Notes under the pieces: generated by a model | Database searches by the model: none | Seen by the model: the letters and a program-made list of their open reading frames with translations, nothing else | Told to the model about the DNA's origin: nothing | Made by a program: the position numbers and the translations under genes | IMG/VR virus record: IMGVR_UViG_2698536646_000013 | Direction: 5' to 3' (one strand) | Length of the DNA: 55,213 bases | Source: a virus | Lineage: Duplodnaviria > Heunggongvirae > Uroviricota > Caudoviricetes | Shown: piece by piece, positions 9,550 to 21,247 of the stretch | Position numbering within the stretch: the first letter of the stretch is position 1 | Layout: every line of letters begins with the position of its first letter

Positions 9550-10606
9550 TCAGAATTTATAACCGACACCCACGATGAAACCGTCAGTGCGCCAGTCGCC
9601 ACTGCCGGAGCCTTCATAAGCAATATCAATGGCCACGGATTCGGTCGGGTTAAACTGCACGCCAGCTCCCCACGCCAGAGACGTGTTGCTGTGGCGACCG
9701 TCATCACTTCCGGTCAGCACGTCGTGCGTTTTCCCCTTGTTGTCAGTTACGCGGAGATAATCCCCGGAGAAAGTCGACACACGGCTGTAAGCCACACCCG
9801 CCATCGCATACGCGCTGAACCATTCATTCACGCGCACAGACGGCCCCGCCATTACGCTGAACCAGCGGTTACGAACGGAATCTTCATGCCAGCGGGTATC
9901 GCTGTAACGGGTCAGCTGGCGATTCTTGTCTCCTGCATAGCTGAATGACGTCACCAGCCCCAGNNNNNNNNNNNNNNNNNNNNNNNNNNNNNNNNNNNNN
10001 NNNNNNNNNNNNNNNNNNNNNNNNNNNNNNNNNNNNNNNNNNNNNNNNNNNNNNNNNNNNNNNNNNNNNNNNNNNNNNNNNNNNNNNNNNNNNNNNNNNN
10101 NNNNNNNNNNNNNNNNNNNNNNNNNNNNNNNNNNNNNNNNNNNNNNNNNNNNNNNNNNNNNNNNNNNNNNNNNNNNNNNNNNNNNNNNNNNNNNNNNNNN
10201 NNNNNNNNNNNNNNNNNNNNNNNNNNNNNNNNNNNNNNNNNNNNNNNNNNNNNNNNNNNNNNNNNNNNNNNNNNNNNNNNNNNNNNNNNNNNNNNNNNNN
10301 CCCCGCCATTACGCTGAACCAGCGGTTACGAACGGAATCTTCATGCCAGCGGGTATCGCTGTAACGGGTCAGCTGGCGATTCTTGTCTCCTGCATAGCTG
10401 AATGACGTCACCAGCCCCAGCGTATCCGTAAACTCATAACGGTATTTCACGTTAATCCCGTTCAGATCATCACTGCCGGGAACGTTGGTCCGGGCATGAA
10501 GATACCCCGCGCTCAGCGTGGACTGATGTTCAGACGCCCATGCAGGCGCACCGGATACGGCCAGACAAATGGCTGCGGACAAAATGGCGGCACAAACTTT
10601 ACGCAT
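9550..10606 (-). CDS. lom: Lom-like outer membrane protein (Ail/Lom family), split by N-run and duplication
   Basis: MRKVCAAILSAAICLAVSGAPAWA signal peptide, then beta-barrel sequence ending ...GFIVGVGYKF. Removing the gap and one copy of the duplicate gives a ~199-aa protein. Confidence 0.85.
9844..10420. repeat. 120-bp direct duplication (9844-9963 = 10301-10420) flanking the N-run 9964-10300
   Basis: Identical sequence ccccgccattacgctgaacc...gtcaccagccccag on both sides of the N-run. Typical of unmerged contig ends in a scaffold. Confidence 0.85.
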
Positions 10607-10630
10607 AATTACCTCTCGCTTTTCTGCAAT

Positions 10631-10654
10631 AAAAAAGGCGTCATTCCTGACGCC
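10631..10654 (-). terminator. Rho-independent terminator between J and lom
   Basis: Stem ggcgtca / tgacgcc, loop ttcc, followed on the minus strand by TTTTTTATT. Confidence 0.5.
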
Positions 10655-10676
10655 ATTTATTGGGGTTATAAATATT

Positions 10677-13600
10677 TCAACGAATACTGATGCCGGAAGC
10701 CGCTTTTTTGGTCACAATCACCGTACAGTCGGTGATATTGCCTGCCCCCTGATTGCCTTTCTGGAAAATCTTAAACTCCAGAGTGACGCTACCACCACCA
10801 CTAGGCATATCAATAACTGCACTGTAACTACCGGGAATGGCACCTTTAGTTTCTCTGGATGCGATTAATACGCCGTTTTTGCGAACTTCAAAACCATAAC
10901 CCGTGTATCGCGTGCCTCCTGGGTTATTTCCGCTCCCCGGATCGTCATACGCTATACCGTTAAAAATAATGGGCGGAATAATAATCTGGCGGTCAAAGTT
11001 ATGATCATCGCTGATGGTGACTGTAACCGTACCGTCTGGTGTTTCCGTGTTACCCCACGTACCGACTTTTTTCGGGAAGGCTTTTGATACAGCTTTAACG
11101 AAATCCCCTCTGACCTGGGTCGCCTCCAGCATGCCCTTAATCGTACAGTTCTGGTTAATCGTGACATTGTTGAGCGTTCCTGAGTTCGCATTCACACTAC
11201 CACTGATATCCGCATTTTTAGCGGTCAGCTTTCCGTCTGATGTCAGGGAAAATACCGGAGGACTGCCACCGCTGGTAATGGCGGGGGCTGTCAGGCGCTT
11301 CAGGAACACGTCGTTCATGAATATCTGGTTGCCCTGCGCCACAAACATCGGCGTTTCATTCCCGTTTGCCGGGTCAATAAACGCGATACGATTGGCGGCA
11401 ACCAGAAACTGGCTCAGCTTGCCTTCCTCCGTGTCCTCCATGCTGAGGCCAATACCCGCGACATAATGTTTGCCGTCTTTGGTCTGCTCAATTTTGACGC
11501 CCCACATCGCATTCCATTTATCGTTAGCGTCCTTCCACTCTTTCGAAAACTCATCCAGTCTGCTGGCGTTATCCTCCGTCAGATCAACTTTTTCCAGCAG
11601 CTCTTTACCGAGATGGGATTCGGTTATCTTGCCTTTGAAAAAATCCAGGTAACCTTCCGCATCATCGCTCGCCCGACCGACGGCCTCCACGAATGCCGAT
11701 TTGCCAACGGTGTTCACACTGCGGATATAAAAGTAATAATCATGGCCCGGTTTGATATTGATACTGGCGGCTATCCAGTACAGCCCCGCGCCAAGGTAGC
11801 GGGCTGTGGTTTCAACCTGCCTGATATCGGTAATCCGCGTTTCCGAGAACCAGAACTCAAACTGTACCGTCGGATCATAAACCGCAAGATGCGGCGTGGC
11901 AGTTATCTGAAAATAGCCCGGCGTCAGCTCAATCCGCGACGGTGCTACCGGTGCGGCAATCCTGAACGATACCGACGCCGGATCGCCCTGCTGTCCCCAG
12001 GCATTTACCGCCCGGACTGTCAGCGTGTACCGTCCCAGCGCCAGTTGCGTGAAGCGGTATGTGGTTTCCGTCGTCCGGGCCGTGCTGACCAGCCGCTCAC
12101 TGCCGTCATCCGCTGCCACGGTCAGGCGAAGCATAAAGCTCACCCCCTTCACCACCTTCGGCGTGTCCCAGCGCGCCAGCACCTGATATTCCCCGCTGTC
12201 TGCGGTGACTTCGGCAGTCAGGTGCTGCACCGCTGGCGGCGTGACACCATTCACCGTGCCGCTCTGGTCGCCGTCAAAGTGCGCCCCGTTATCCACGATG
12301 GCTTCTTTTTCCGGTACATGCTGCACGGCAGTGATGGCATACGTGCCGTCATCGTTCTCACGGATACTCACACAGCGGAACAGGCGCTGGCGCAACGTCG
12401 GCAGCTTCAGCCCCCACACGCTGTATTCAGCAACGCCGTCAGGAACACGGCTCACTTTCACCTTCACGCCGTCGGTGACGGACTGAACCTCCACGCTGAC
12501 CGGATTGCCACTTCCGTCAACCAGGCTTATCAGCATGGTACCGGAGGATGGCAGCGTGATTTCACGGTCGAGCGTCAGCGTCCGGGTCTGGCTGTTTACC
12601 GCCAGCACGCGCCCGCCGATGCTGATACCCGCATAGTCATCATCACAGATTTCAATGACATCGCCCGGCACATGGCGAAGCCCTTCTGCGCCCACGCTGA
12701 AGTCCACGGTCTGCGTTTCCAGCAGTTCTGTTTTAATCAGCCACAGCCCGGCGCGGTGTGCCTGCCCCCGGCTGGTACAGCCAAAAGCATCCATCTTCGT
12801 GACGTTACGACCGTAACGGGCAATGGCCTGCGTATCCTCCACAAGCTCTGTCGCCGTCTCCCAGCCGTTATCCGGGTCAATCCAGTTCACCTCAACGGCA
12901 TTATGGCGGTCTTTCAGGGCGCTGAAGCTGTAGCGGAACGGCGCGCCATCATCCGGCATCACCACATTACTGCGGTTATAGGTCCACACCTTATCCGACG
13001 GTCGGTCCTGCACGAACGTCAGCGTCTGCCCGTTCCATACCGGCATACAGCGCATCGCCGAGCAGAAATCACTGAGCACATCCCACGCCTTGCGCTGTGT
13101 GGTCAGGTACGCATTACAGGTGATGCGCGGCTCCGTGCCGCCAAAGCCGTCCGGCACTGACTGGTCGCAGTACTGGCCGATGACATACAGCGCCCATTTG
13201 TCCACATCCGCCGCACCAAGACGTTTCCCCATGCCGTAGCGCGGGTGGGTCAGCATATCCCACAGACACCAGGCCATGTTGTTGCTGTATGCTGGTTTTA
13301 ACGTTCCGTCCCAGATACCGCTGTATTGTCGCGTCTGCGGGTTATAGTTCGACGGCACCTGCAGAATGCGCCCGCGAAGATGATAATTACGACTCACCTG
13401 CTGGCTGCCGAACTGCTCCGAGTCCACCTGTACGCCGACCAGTGCAGTGTTCGGGTAGCACTGTTTCACATCGATGATTTCGGTGTATGACGACCAGAGC
13501 GTTTTGTTCTGCAGCTGGTCTGTGGTGCTGTCCGGTGTCATCCTGCGCATCCGGATACTGAACGGGCGCGGAGGCAGGTTATCCACCACCACCGAGACCA

Positions 13601-14090
13601 GATACTGCGAGGTGGTTTTGCCCTTAATGGTGATGTCTTTTTCCGTCACCCAGCCACCGTTACGCTGTATCTGAACCAGCAGGCGGACTTCCGACGGATT
13701 CCTGTCTCCCTTTGAGGTGGTTTCCACCAGTGCCTGTACACCGAAGGTAAAGCGCAGACGGTCGATGTTTGCCGACGTGATGGTCCGGGTGATCGGCGTG
13801 TCATATTTCACTTCCGTACCCAGCACCGTCTCGGAGCCGGAGGATTCAAACCCCTCCGGCGGTGACTGCTCCTGCTCACCTGCCCGGAACACCACCGTGA
13901 CGCCGGAGATGTTGGTATTCCCCTCATTGTCCAGCACCGGCGTACTGTTCAGCAGCACGCTTTTTAATCCATCCACCGGACCTTCAACCGGCCCTTCACT
14001 GATGGCATCGATCACACTCAGCAGCTGCGTGGACTTCAGGTTGTCCTTCGCTTCGCGCGGGGTATGCCCCTTACTGCTGCCTTTACCCAT
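10677..14090 (-). CDS. J: Tail tip / host specificity protein J
   Basis: 1137 aa, [37 protein letters not shown]..., lambda gpJ-like along its length. Confidence 0.95.
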   Translation of the reverse strand: MGKGSSKGHTPREAKDNLKSTQLLSVIDAISEGPVEGPVDGLKSVLLNSTPVLDNEGNTNISGVTVVFRAGEQEQSPPEGFESSGSETVLGTEVKYDTPITRTITSANIDRLRFTFGVQALVETTSKGDRNPSEVRLLVQIQRNGGWVTEKDITIKGKTTSQYLVSVVVDNLPPRPFSIRMRRMTPDSTTDQLQNKTLWSSYTEIIDVKQCYPNTALVGVQVDSEQFGSQQVSRNYHLRGRILQVPSNYNPQTRQYSGIWDGTLKPAYSNNMAWCLWDMLTHPRYGMGKRLGAADVDKWALYVIGQYCDQSVPDGFGGTEPRITCNAYLTTQRKAWDVLSDFCSAMRCMPVWNGQTLTFVQDRPSDKVWTYNRSNVVMPDDGAPFRYSFSALKDRHNAVEVNWIDPDNGWETATELVEDTQAIARYGRNVTKMDAFGCTSRGQAHRAGLWLIKTELLETQTVDFSVGAEGLRHVPGDVIEICDDDYAGISIGGRVLAVNSQTRTLTLDREITLPSSGTMLISLVDGSGNPVSVEVQSVTDGVKVKVSRVPDGVAEYSVWGLKLPTLRQRLFRCVSIRENDDGTYAITAVQHVPEKEAIVDNGAHFDGDQSGTVNGVTPPAVQHLTAEVTADSGEYQVLARWDTPKVVKGVSFMLRLTVAADDGSERLVSTARTTETTYRFTQLALGRYTLTVRAVNAWGQQGDPASVSFRIAAPVAPSRIELTPGYFQITATPHLAVYDPTVQFEFWFSETRITDIRQVETTARYLGAGLYWIAASINIKPGHDYYFYIRSVNTVGKSAFVEAVGRASDDAEGYLDFFKGKITESHLGKELLEKVDLTEDNASRLDEFSKEWKDANDKWNAMWGVKIEQTKDGKHYVAGIGLSMEDTEEGKLSQFLVAANRIAFIDPANGNETPMFVAQGNQIFMNDVFLKRLTAPAITSGGSPPVFSLTSDGKLTAKNADISGSVNANSGTLNNVTINQNCTIKGMLEATQVRGDFVKAVSKAFPKKVGTWGNTETPDGTVTVTISDDHNFDRQIIIPPIIFNGIAYDDPGSGNNPGGTRYTGYGFEVRKNGVLIASRETKGAIPGSYSAVIDMPSGGGSVTLEFKIFQKGNQGAGNITDCTVIVTKKAASGISIR

Positions 14091-14150
14091 TCCTCACGCT
14101 CCATAAACGACAAAACCGCCCGCAGGCGGTTTCTCATAAAACATTTTGCA

Positions 14151-14987
14151 TCAGCGACCAATCACCACAACCTGACCACCATCCCCTTCGTCTGCCGTGC
14201 TGATCTCCTGAGAAACCACACGTGACCCCACGCGCATTTCCCCGTACAGAACAGGCAGAACATTACCCTGGGCAACCATGTTATCCAGTGACGAGAAATA
14301 CGTGTTCTGTTTGCCGTTATCTGTACTGGCTGCCNNNNNNNNNNNNNNNNNNNNNNNNNNNNNNNNNNNNNNNNNNNNNNNNNNNNNNNNNNNNNNNNNN
14401 NNNNNNNNNNNNNNNNNNNNNNNNNNNNNNNNNNNNNNNNNNNNNNNNNNNNNNNNNNNNNNNNNNNNNNNNNNNNNNNNNNNNNNNNNNNNNNNNNNNN
14501 NNNNNNNNNNNNNNNNNNNNNNNNNNNNNNNNNNNNNNNNNNNNNNNNNCATCTGCGCCACACCACCCAGGATCATACTGGCCCCTGCTGCATACATACC
14601 CGATACAGCCGCGGCCCCCAGCCAGCCCACAGGGTTCCACCATGCCACCGCAATCAGCGCCGCACCCAGCACCGCCTGAAACACACCGCCACTTTTGGCA
14701 CCCGCCAGACGCGGAACGATGTGGATCACGGCACCATTTGCCAGCGGTTCATTAAGACGGGCAGATAATTCATTTTCGCCTGCATCACGCCCGGCAATGC
14801 GCACCTGATACCAGCCGTCGCTCAGTTTCTGACGAAATGCCGGGAGCTGTGTGGCCAGTGCCCGGATGGCTTCGGCCCCCGTTTTCACACGAAGGTCGAT
14901 GCGGCGGCCAAATCGCTGCAAATCCCCGTAAAGGCAGATGCGTGCCATGCCCGGTGACGCCAGAGGGAGTGTGTGCGTCGCTGCCAT
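14151..14987 (-). CDS. I: Tail assembly protein I, interrupted by N-run
   Basis: MAATHTLPLASPGMARICLYGDLQRFGRRIDLRVKTG... and C-terminus TDNGKQNTYFSSLDNMVAQGNVLPVLYGEMRVG... match lambda gpI. Confidence 0.9.
   Translation of the reverse strand: MAATHTLPLASPGMARICLYGDLQRFGRRIDLRVKTGAEAIRALATQLPAFRQKLSDGWYQVRIAGRDAGENELSARLNEPLANGAVIHIVPRLAGAKSGGVFQAVLGAALIAVAWWNPVGWLGAAAVSGMYAAGASMILGGVAQMXXXXXXXXXXXXXXXXXXXXXXXXXXXXXXXXXXXXXXXXXXXXXXXXXXXXXXXXXXXXXXXXXXXXXXXXAASTDNGKQNTYFSSLDNMVAQGNVLPVLYGEMRVGSRVVSQEISTADEGDGGQVVVIGR
14335..14549. other. N-run inside gene I
   Basis: 215 consecutive N. Confidence 0.95.
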
Positions 14988-15996
14988 TTGTCGGTGTACC
15001 TCTCTCGTTTACTCAGTTGTTCAGGAATATGGTGCAGCAGCTCGCCGTCACCACAGTAAATGGCGGCATGATTCGGCACCGATGAACCAAAACAGCACAG
15101 CAGCACATCGCCCGGCTGCGCCGTTGACAACGGCACCTGATACAGCCCTGTAGCCTCCAGATTATCCAGATAGAGATTCTGACCATTACGCCACCAGTCG
15201 TCCTCACGATGAAAATCTGGCATCTCAATTCCCGCCAGATGGTAAGCGTCCCGGAACAGCGTGTAACAGTCCGTCACCCCGTGCTCAAAGCGCCGCCCGG
15301 TGAGATGCGGCACACAGCGGAACTTGTGAATCGCCCCGCGGCAGACCAGCCACCACGACAAATCACTCTGCACCTGCAGCCGCCGGTCGGCCTCACTCAG
15401 CCAGGGCAGACCACCGGGGTGGCTGTGGACCAGCGCCACAATCTCACCCTGCATCTCTGCCTGCAGCCAGTCCTCCGGAGNNNNNNNNNNNNNNNNNNNN
15501 NNNNNNNNNNNNNNNNNNNNNNNNNNNNNNNNNNNNNNNNNNNNNNNNNNNNNNNNNNNNNNNNNNNNNNNNNNNNNNNNNNNNNNNNNNNNNNNNNNNN
15601 NNNNNNNNNNNNNNNNNNNNNNNNNNNNNNNNNNNNNNNNNNNNNNNNNNNNNNNNNNNNNNNNNNNNNNNNNNNNNNNNNNNNNNNNNNNNNNNNNNNN
15701 NNNNNNNNNNNNNNNNNNNNNNNNNNNNNNNNNNNNNNNNNNNNNNNNNNNNNNNNNNNNNNNNNNNNNNNNNNNNNNNNNNNNNNNNNNNNNNNNNNNN
15801 NNNNNNNNNNNNNNNNNNNNNNNNNNNNNNNNNNNNNNNNNNNNNNNNNNNNNNNNNNNNNNNNNNNNNNNNNNNNGGAAATATTCACGCAGGGAAAATA
15901 TCTTTCCCCCTCCGGTGTTCTCACCACGAAGCCGCACGACTCCGCTGGCGCACATCGCCGGGCGTGCGCCAGAATCGCTGATTCTGTCTGTGTCAT
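14885..15996 (-). CDS. K: Tail assembly protein K (MPN/JAMM plus NlpC/P60), interrupted by N-run
   Basis: N-terminus MTQTESAILAHARRCAPAESCGFVV... on one side of the gap, ...HSHPGGLPWLSEADRRLQ...NHAAIYCGDGELLHHI... on the other. The two halves are in different frames across the gap. Confidence 0.85.
15481..15876. other. N-run inside gene K
   Basis: 396 consecutive N. Confidence 0.95.
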
Positions 15997-16001
15997 GGGA
16001 T

Positions 16002-16700
16002 TTACTGCGAAAGTTTGTTAATGGAAAGGAAGCCGCCAAAGTTGCCGACGTTATTGCGAAACTTACAGCCACTCAGGCATTTGCTGCATTTATCCTTCGT
16101 GATATCGGACGTTGGCTGGTCATATTCATCCGCGACAGCCGGACCGTGATAACCGCACTCATCACCGCGATAGGTCCAGGTGCAGGTATTAGCAAGCATG
16201 ATGCGCCCCGGAAAAACAGCGCCGTCCGTTTCCGTCGGCGTGGACAGTACAAAGGAGGCACTGACCGCGCTCAGTTCGCTGCACTGCTCAATACGCCAGC
16301 GGCTGATCACCTCCTGCTCCGGATCGGCGTCACTGTTTCCGTTGACGAAGTTCACCGCATCCAGAAAACGGGCGTAAACCTTACGCCTGACCACCGTTCC
16401 GCCGACCAGACTCTGCAGGTCTTCCGCCATCCCGGTGACCATGCCGTGCAGATTAGAGACTTTCAGCGTTGGCCTTGCACTGGCACCTTTGCCGTTCATC
16501 TCAAATCCACTCCCCTGAATGGGATAGGCCTGATACTGCCGACTCTGCCAGGTGACAGACTCTCCTTTCTCGTTCTGCTCATTGCAGAAAAAGTAGCGAT
16601 CCCCGCCTACCTCGGTCAGGTCGATTTCCCAGAGCACCACGCTGGCCGACTGCTCCGCACGAATGCATTCATTCAGCGTTTCCTGTTGTATGTCCTGCAT
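16002..16700 (-). CDS. L: Minor tail protein L
   Basis: 232 aa, [33 protein letters not shown]..., lambda gpL-like. Confidence 0.95.
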   Translation of the reverse strand: MQDIQQETLNECIRAEQSASVVLWEIDLTEVGGDRYFFCNEQNEKGESVTWQSRQYQAYPIQGSGFEMNGKGASARPTLKVSNLHGMVTGMAEDLQSLVGGTVVRRKVYARFLDAVNFVNGNSDADPEQEVISRWRIEQCSELSAVSASFVLSTPTETDGAVFPGRIMLANTCTWTYRGDECGYHGPAVADEYDQPTSDITKDKCSKCLSGCKFRNNVGNFGGFLSINKLSQ

Positions 16701-17038
16701 CAGATCACCACTTCGTCAAACTGACACGAAAAATCGGTATAGGTGATATGTTCTGTCGCTGACCACGTTCGACACACCACTCTGATTTTTCTGTTAATAC
16801 CCGGCGGGCGCCAAAAAAAAGATTTATAGCCTTCATGCCGGGCTAAAAATTTTTCAAATGAATCACGTTCATTCGCCTCAACTTTGAAATCACAGGTGAA
16901 AACGCGCAGAGAATGATTAAGTCCATTTGGACTTCGTTGCTCATAACCATCACCAAATCTTACAGTTTTTATCGATGGTTTATTTTCTGTTTTCATTCCA
17001 TCCTCTGGTAACCAGTGAAATTCTTCCGTATTAGCCAC
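16700..17038 (-). CDS. M: Minor tail protein M
   Basis: 112 aa with [12 protein letters not shown]...[16 protein letters not shown], lambda gpM family. Confidence 0.85.
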   Translation of the reverse strand: MANTEEFHWLPEDGMKTENKPSIKTVRFGDGYEQRSPNGLNHSLRVFTCDFKVEANERDSFEKFLARHEGYKSFFWRPPGINRKIRVVCRTWSATEHITYTDFSCQFDEVVI

Positions 17039-20000
17039 TTAACATTCCCCCATCACGTCGCATATTTAACAGATTGCCCTGCACCCGCTGATCAACCATC
17101 CCCATAAGTGCTTTTATTGCCTGAGGGCCAATCTCTCCATTCTGGCCGTCATTTTGAATAGTGATTTGGTATACAGGGGCATAGGTAATATCTCCGCCTC
17201 CATTACCACTTTTACTATTAATAGCTCTGACACCAAGAGAACCATCGGAAGTTCGTGTTAATGGCATAATGGCTTCCGGTCCAGCCTCACCAAAAACACC
17301 AGCCCCTTTTGCAAAAGCAAAAAATTGCGGGGAATCATAAATACCGTTCGAATACGTGCTCAATGACGGAGACTCATAAACACCGCCCTTTGCATTCGGA
17401 ATAAATTTACTAATAGCACTCCCGATAGTTCCTAAAATCCCCCCAGAAGAACTGTTACTAATGCTGTCGAAAATCCCAGTAATTGAAGCCTTTAATGCTA
17501 TTCGACTAAGATCCGAAATCACGGAAGTAGCGAAAGAACGAAAATTTGCCTTGCCTGTCGTGACAAAATCACCCAGCGCATCGGTCATCCCATCAAACAT
17601 CTGAGTCGTGGTTGATTTTATCTGCTCACTGATATCCTTAGTGTCATCCAGCCAGTTATTGAATCCCTGGGAGGCACCACTAACCCAGTCTCCTGCCTGA
17701 ATATCGAGCTGCTCGTTTTTCTGTCTGACAATTTCTTTTTCCCGTTCCAGAGCATCATTCAGAGCCTGCATTTTCTCTTGAAAAACATGATCTGACATTC
17801 CACGGGATTTATCTGCATAGTCACGTTCAAGTTGCAGACGCTGATTGTTATATCCATGTTCAATCCGCAGTAATTCCTGCTGGCGTTGCTGATTTTTATC
17901 GCCAACCCCATAACCAGCAATCTGAATATCATACCCCTGCTGACGATTATCAATCGAAGCCTGCAATGAATCACGCCATGCTGTTATTTCGGCGGATTCC
18001 TTGATTAGCCTGTTATTTTTTTCAATCGCAACATTTTTCTCCATCAACGTGGTTATTTCTTCCCGGTGTAAGAGAAGCGATTTCTGATCCTGGGTTAATT
18101 TCGATGATGGTCGTGACTCTAGGTCGGCAATCCGCTGACGCCACTTAACCAGTTCCTGTTCAGAGGAACTTAATTTAACGGTCAACTCAGCTTGTGAACT
18201 TAGTAACGCATTCTGTTGATTCAGATGATCAATCATTCGTTGGGCTGCATCATCAGAATAACCTTTCGCCTTTGGTTGCTTTGGATCTTTATAACGCTCA
18301 TTTATTTGAGCGATAAGATTATTATATTCTTCCTTTGAATACTGATTCTTTAGCTTTTCCAGTTTTGCAAGTTCACTAGCTCTCTGCTGCTCCCGGGTCT
18401 GATATTGTTTTGAAAAGGCATCTGCTCTCTGTCTGAGTTCAATTCCTTCCTGTTGTCGCTTGTTGTAATCGTTTATTGATGAATTTAGTACGTCCTGAGC
18501 AATTTTTTCTGCTTGAAGTACGCCCAATTGCTGCTTTAATCGTGCCAGCCTTTTATTTTGAGCTCCGCCATCTCCAATGCCACCTAACCCGAAAACTCCG
18601 GGTCGGGTATTTTTTTCTATTTCATCAATTTGACGGAGAACATCTGAGATTTTTTGATCAAGGGAGGCCTCACGGCCAATATCCAGCATGGAATCCCATG
18701 CCCATTTTGCGGAGTCTGCGACAGCTTTCCATGCAGTCTCAAGATAACCAAGATTTTCTTTAATCTGGTTGGTGCGCTGGATCATTGAGGATGAGTATTC
18801 TTCTGTCGCAATGCGGGCGGCCTCCTGCTGGTTCCCTTCATCCTGTAGCGCCTTAATCTGGTTATAAGTCGCAAGTGTCAGAAAATGGTACTGATCATTA
18901 AGTTTTGATATGGCACTGACAGGATCCTTTGCAATTTCATTGAAGTCATTAACCAGTTGTTCGGTTGATATTCCTGTTACTTCGCTCGTTTTTACTATCG
19001 CTGTCGTCACTTGCTCCAGCGAACTGCTCGCTACCTTTCCCGAACGCACAAGCTGATTTAATACTGCCGCCGCAGCACCAGTTGTCGAATCAGCCGCATT
19101 CCCGGCACGTTGAGCTATATCGCCCAATTGCCCGCTGGTTGTCCCCAACTGATTTCCGGTAAGAATAAGAGATTTATTAAATTCGTCCTGCTCCTGAGAG
19201 CCTTTATAGTAAGCCAGTCCTAAGACCCCAACGGCTGCTGCGGCCAGGGTAAAAGGATTAATTAATCCCAGCACATAAGAACCTACACCTTTGATCGCCG
19301 GGCCAATCCCACCGAACATATCTTTTAGCTGGCCGCCCTGCTGCATTAACACCATAAATGGCGACTGACCAGTGGACAACCCAACAACAATATCCGTCAT
19401 TTGTACAGGCAACATGCGCATAGCAAAAGCCGTTTGTTTTGCCGACATTCCGGTTTTGCTTAATTGTGATTGAGTAACCTCAAGCTCACTCCGCATAGCA
19501 CGAAGTTTTCCAGAAAGCTCCTCATACATTTCAGGAGAAAGCATCCCCTTAGCTTTTGCTTCATTGAGCTGTTTCTGTTGTTCTACCAGACGATTAAAAG
19601 CAGTTCCGACAGGATCAAGTTGAGCAATCAGACGTTGCAAAGCAACAACCTGTTCATCATGCGCTTTTGCTGCTTCTCGCTCTGCCTGAGCCTCTCCGGT
19701 AAGCTCTCGCCGTGTTTCCTGTATTTTTCGGCTATAATTCTCAAACTGAGAACCATTTATTTTCCCGGATGCAAACGCAGCATTAAGTTCATCATGCTGT
19801 TGTTCAAGATTTCTTAGCGCCGCAGCCAGAGGGTCGATCTTGTCCAGCATTCTTTGAAAGGCCTGAGCCTGCGCTTCCTGCTGGGCGGCAGCAAGTTTTC
19901 CGGCCTTCTCGGCTTCTCTCTGCGCTTGCGCAACCCCGCTCAATTCCTCTGTGGTTTCATTAAGTTTACGGACAAGAAATTCATATTCTTCTTTATCAAT

Positions 20001-20264
20001 AAGCCCTTTATCGAAAAATTTCTTTAATTCAGAATAGCGTCGACCGACAGTATCAATTGCGGCACCAACTGGATCAATAGCTGCTTTTAATTTTGCGAGC
20101 GCGTTCTTCTCATCTTCTGTTGCCTTAGTCACTTTCCCTGCGCTATTTGCAGCAGTTTCCCCAGCCTGCGTCATTTTGACTAATGAGGAGGTCAGATTGT
20201 CAGCATTATTTTTCGCTCCAGTGCTATCAATAATTATTGCGAGACGCGAGGTTTGCTCTGCCAT
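17031..20264 (-). CDS. H: Tail tape measure protein
   Basis: 1077 aa, long coiled-coil/alpha-helical sequence. Positioned between the G/GT chaperone and M. Confidence 0.9.
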   Translation of the reverse strand: MAEQTSRLAIIIDSTGAKNNADNLTSSLVKMTQAGETAANSAGKVTKATEDEKNALAKLKAAIDPVGAAIDTVGRRYSELKKFFDKGLIDKEEYEFLVRKLNETTEELSGVAQAQREAEKAGKLAAAQQEAQAQAFQRMLDKIDPLAAALRNLEQQHDELNAAFASGKINGSQFENYSRKIQETRRELTGEAQAEREAAKAHDEQVVALQRLIAQLDPVGTAFNRLVEQQKQLNEAKAKGMLSPEMYEELSGKLRAMRSELEVTQSQLSKTGMSAKQTAFAMRMLPVQMTDIVVGLSTGQSPFMVLMQQGGQLKDMFGGIGPAIKGVGSYVLGLINPFTLAAAAVGVLGLAYYKGSQEQDEFNKSLILTGNQLGTTSGQLGDIAQRAGNAADSTTGAAAAVLNQLVRSGKVASSSLEQVTTAIVKTSEVTGISTEQLVNDFNEIAKDPVSAISKLNDQYHFLTLATYNQIKALQDEGNQQEAARIATEEYSSSMIQRTNQIKENLGYLETAWKAVADSAKWAWDSMLDIGREASLDQKISDVLRQIDEIEKNTRPGVFGLGGIGDGGAQNKRLARLKQQLGVLQAEKIAQDVLNSSINDYNKRQQEGIELRQRADAFSKQYQTREQQRASELAKLEKLKNQYSKEEYNNLIAQINERYKDPKQPKAKGYSDDAAQRMIDHLNQQNALLSSQAELTVKLSSSEQELVKWRQRIADLESRPSSKLTQDQKSLLLHREEITTLMEKNVAIEKNNRLIKESAEITAWRDSLQASIDNRQQGYDIQIAGYGVGDKNQQRQQELLRIEHGYNNQRLQLERDYADKSRGMSDHVFQEKMQALNDALEREKEIVRQKNEQLDIQAGDWVSGASQGFNNWLDDTKDISEQIKSTTTQMFDGMTDALGDFVTTGKANFRSFATSVISDLSRIALKASITGIFDSISNSSSGGILGTIGSAISKFIPNAKGGVYESPSLSTYSNGIYDSPQFFAFAKGAGVFGEAGPEAIMPLTRTSDGSLGVRAINSKSGNGGGDITYAPVYQITIQNDGQNGEIGPQAIKALMGMVDQRVQGNLLNMRRDGGMLSG

Positions 20265-20284
20265 TTATTAAAACTCCTGACAAC

Positions 20285-20309
20285 AAAAAACCCACCGCGA
20301 AGTGGGTTT
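20285..20309 (-). other. Hairpin with U-run immediately upstream of the tape-measure RBS
   Basis: Stem aacccac / gtgggtt, loop cgcgaa, followed on the minus strand by TTTTGTT and then the AGGAG RBS of H. Confidence 0.3.
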
Positions 20310-20429
20310 CAGGCGACATAATAGTAGATATAGCGATTACGAGGCCACGCAATGCTTTTCTCCAGGAGCATCATCGATTTAATTAAAGACACCATCACAT
20401 CTCTGTAACAGAGTGTACGTAATTAACAA

Positions 20430-21199
20430 CTACACACACTGCTCCTGAAAATACTGGTCATCCAGTGCAAAGATCACTGCTTCAAATTCATCGCGCTCAA
20501 TCAATACCGGATGAGTGGCTAAATATTCATTTATCTCTGTCAGAGATAAAGGCAAAGGCACCCCAGCCATTCCAGCATAACGTCGGGCACGGGATATTAC
20601 CGAATAGGCGTACAACAACTCCTTAAGCACCGGGTCTATTTCTGGTTCCGGTATCGGTGGCAACCTGAGTTTTTCTCGCTTCCATCTTGCCTTTTCCCCC
20701 CTTTCTCCCCCGAACTCCGATAACCACCGCTGGGCAGCTATGGCTTTTTTATCGTATCCTGCTTCTGCTGCTCTTTACCCTGGGCGATGCTGGCTGCTTC
20801 TGCAAGGATCTGCCAGTACAACTCTGGATTCTGCTTAAGCAGCGCGATCCCTCGTTCTGCCGTATATTCCAGTGCAACCTCAACACCATTAACCAGTTCA
20901 CCAACCCCTTTCCAGTCTTTCAGCAGATAACGAGCGGCATTATCAATGAGTAAATCATCAACAGAATCCACCTCGGAAACCTTTGAAATATCAAACTCCT
21001 TCGTTCCGACGTGCAAACTGGCATCCATTTTCTCAATGTGGCGACGGATTAATGCATTACGGGAGCGATACTGATCGTTATCGCTGCTTGCCACCAACAG
21101 TTTTAACCCGTCTACAGGTTTTAAGTCCTTCATTGGCGTAAACCAGCGTTCTCCACCAATGATAATTTTCTGATTAAGAATAAACATCCATAACCTCAT
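20430..21199 (-). CDS. Tail assembly chaperone GT (programmed -1 frameshift product)
   Basis: The G frame runs 21199 to 20738. The -1 frame after the slippery site continues KKAIAAQRW...PPIPEPEIDPVLKELLYAY... to 20430. Confidence 0.7.
20738..21199 (-). CDS. G: Tail assembly chaperone G
   Basis: 153 aa ending ...QDTIKKP*, located between the major tail protein and the tape measure gene. Confidence 0.85.
   Translation of the reverse strand: MRLWMFILNQKIIIGGERWFTPMKDLKPVDGLKLLVASSDNDQYRSRNALIRRHIEKMDASLHVGTKEFDISKVSEVDSVDDLLIDNAARYLLKDWKGVGELVNGVEVALEYTAERGIALLKQNPELYWQILAEAASIAQGKEQQKQDTIKKP
20744..20750 (-). promoter_or_regulatory. Slippery heptamer A-AAA-AAG for the G/GT -1 frameshift
   Basis: On the minus strand the last codons of G read ata aaa aag cca tag. 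AAAAAAG lies in the zero frame 2 codons before the stop. Confidence 0.7.
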
Positions 21200-21247
21200 T
21201 CAATGCGTCCCCCTGTAGGGCAGTACCACAGGAGGAATAACGGAAAA

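Noticed and set aside
11466-13160. 564-aa plus-strand ORF antisense to J
   Set aside because: Embedded antisense in gpJ, whose identity is secure. Arg-rich composition and no start context.
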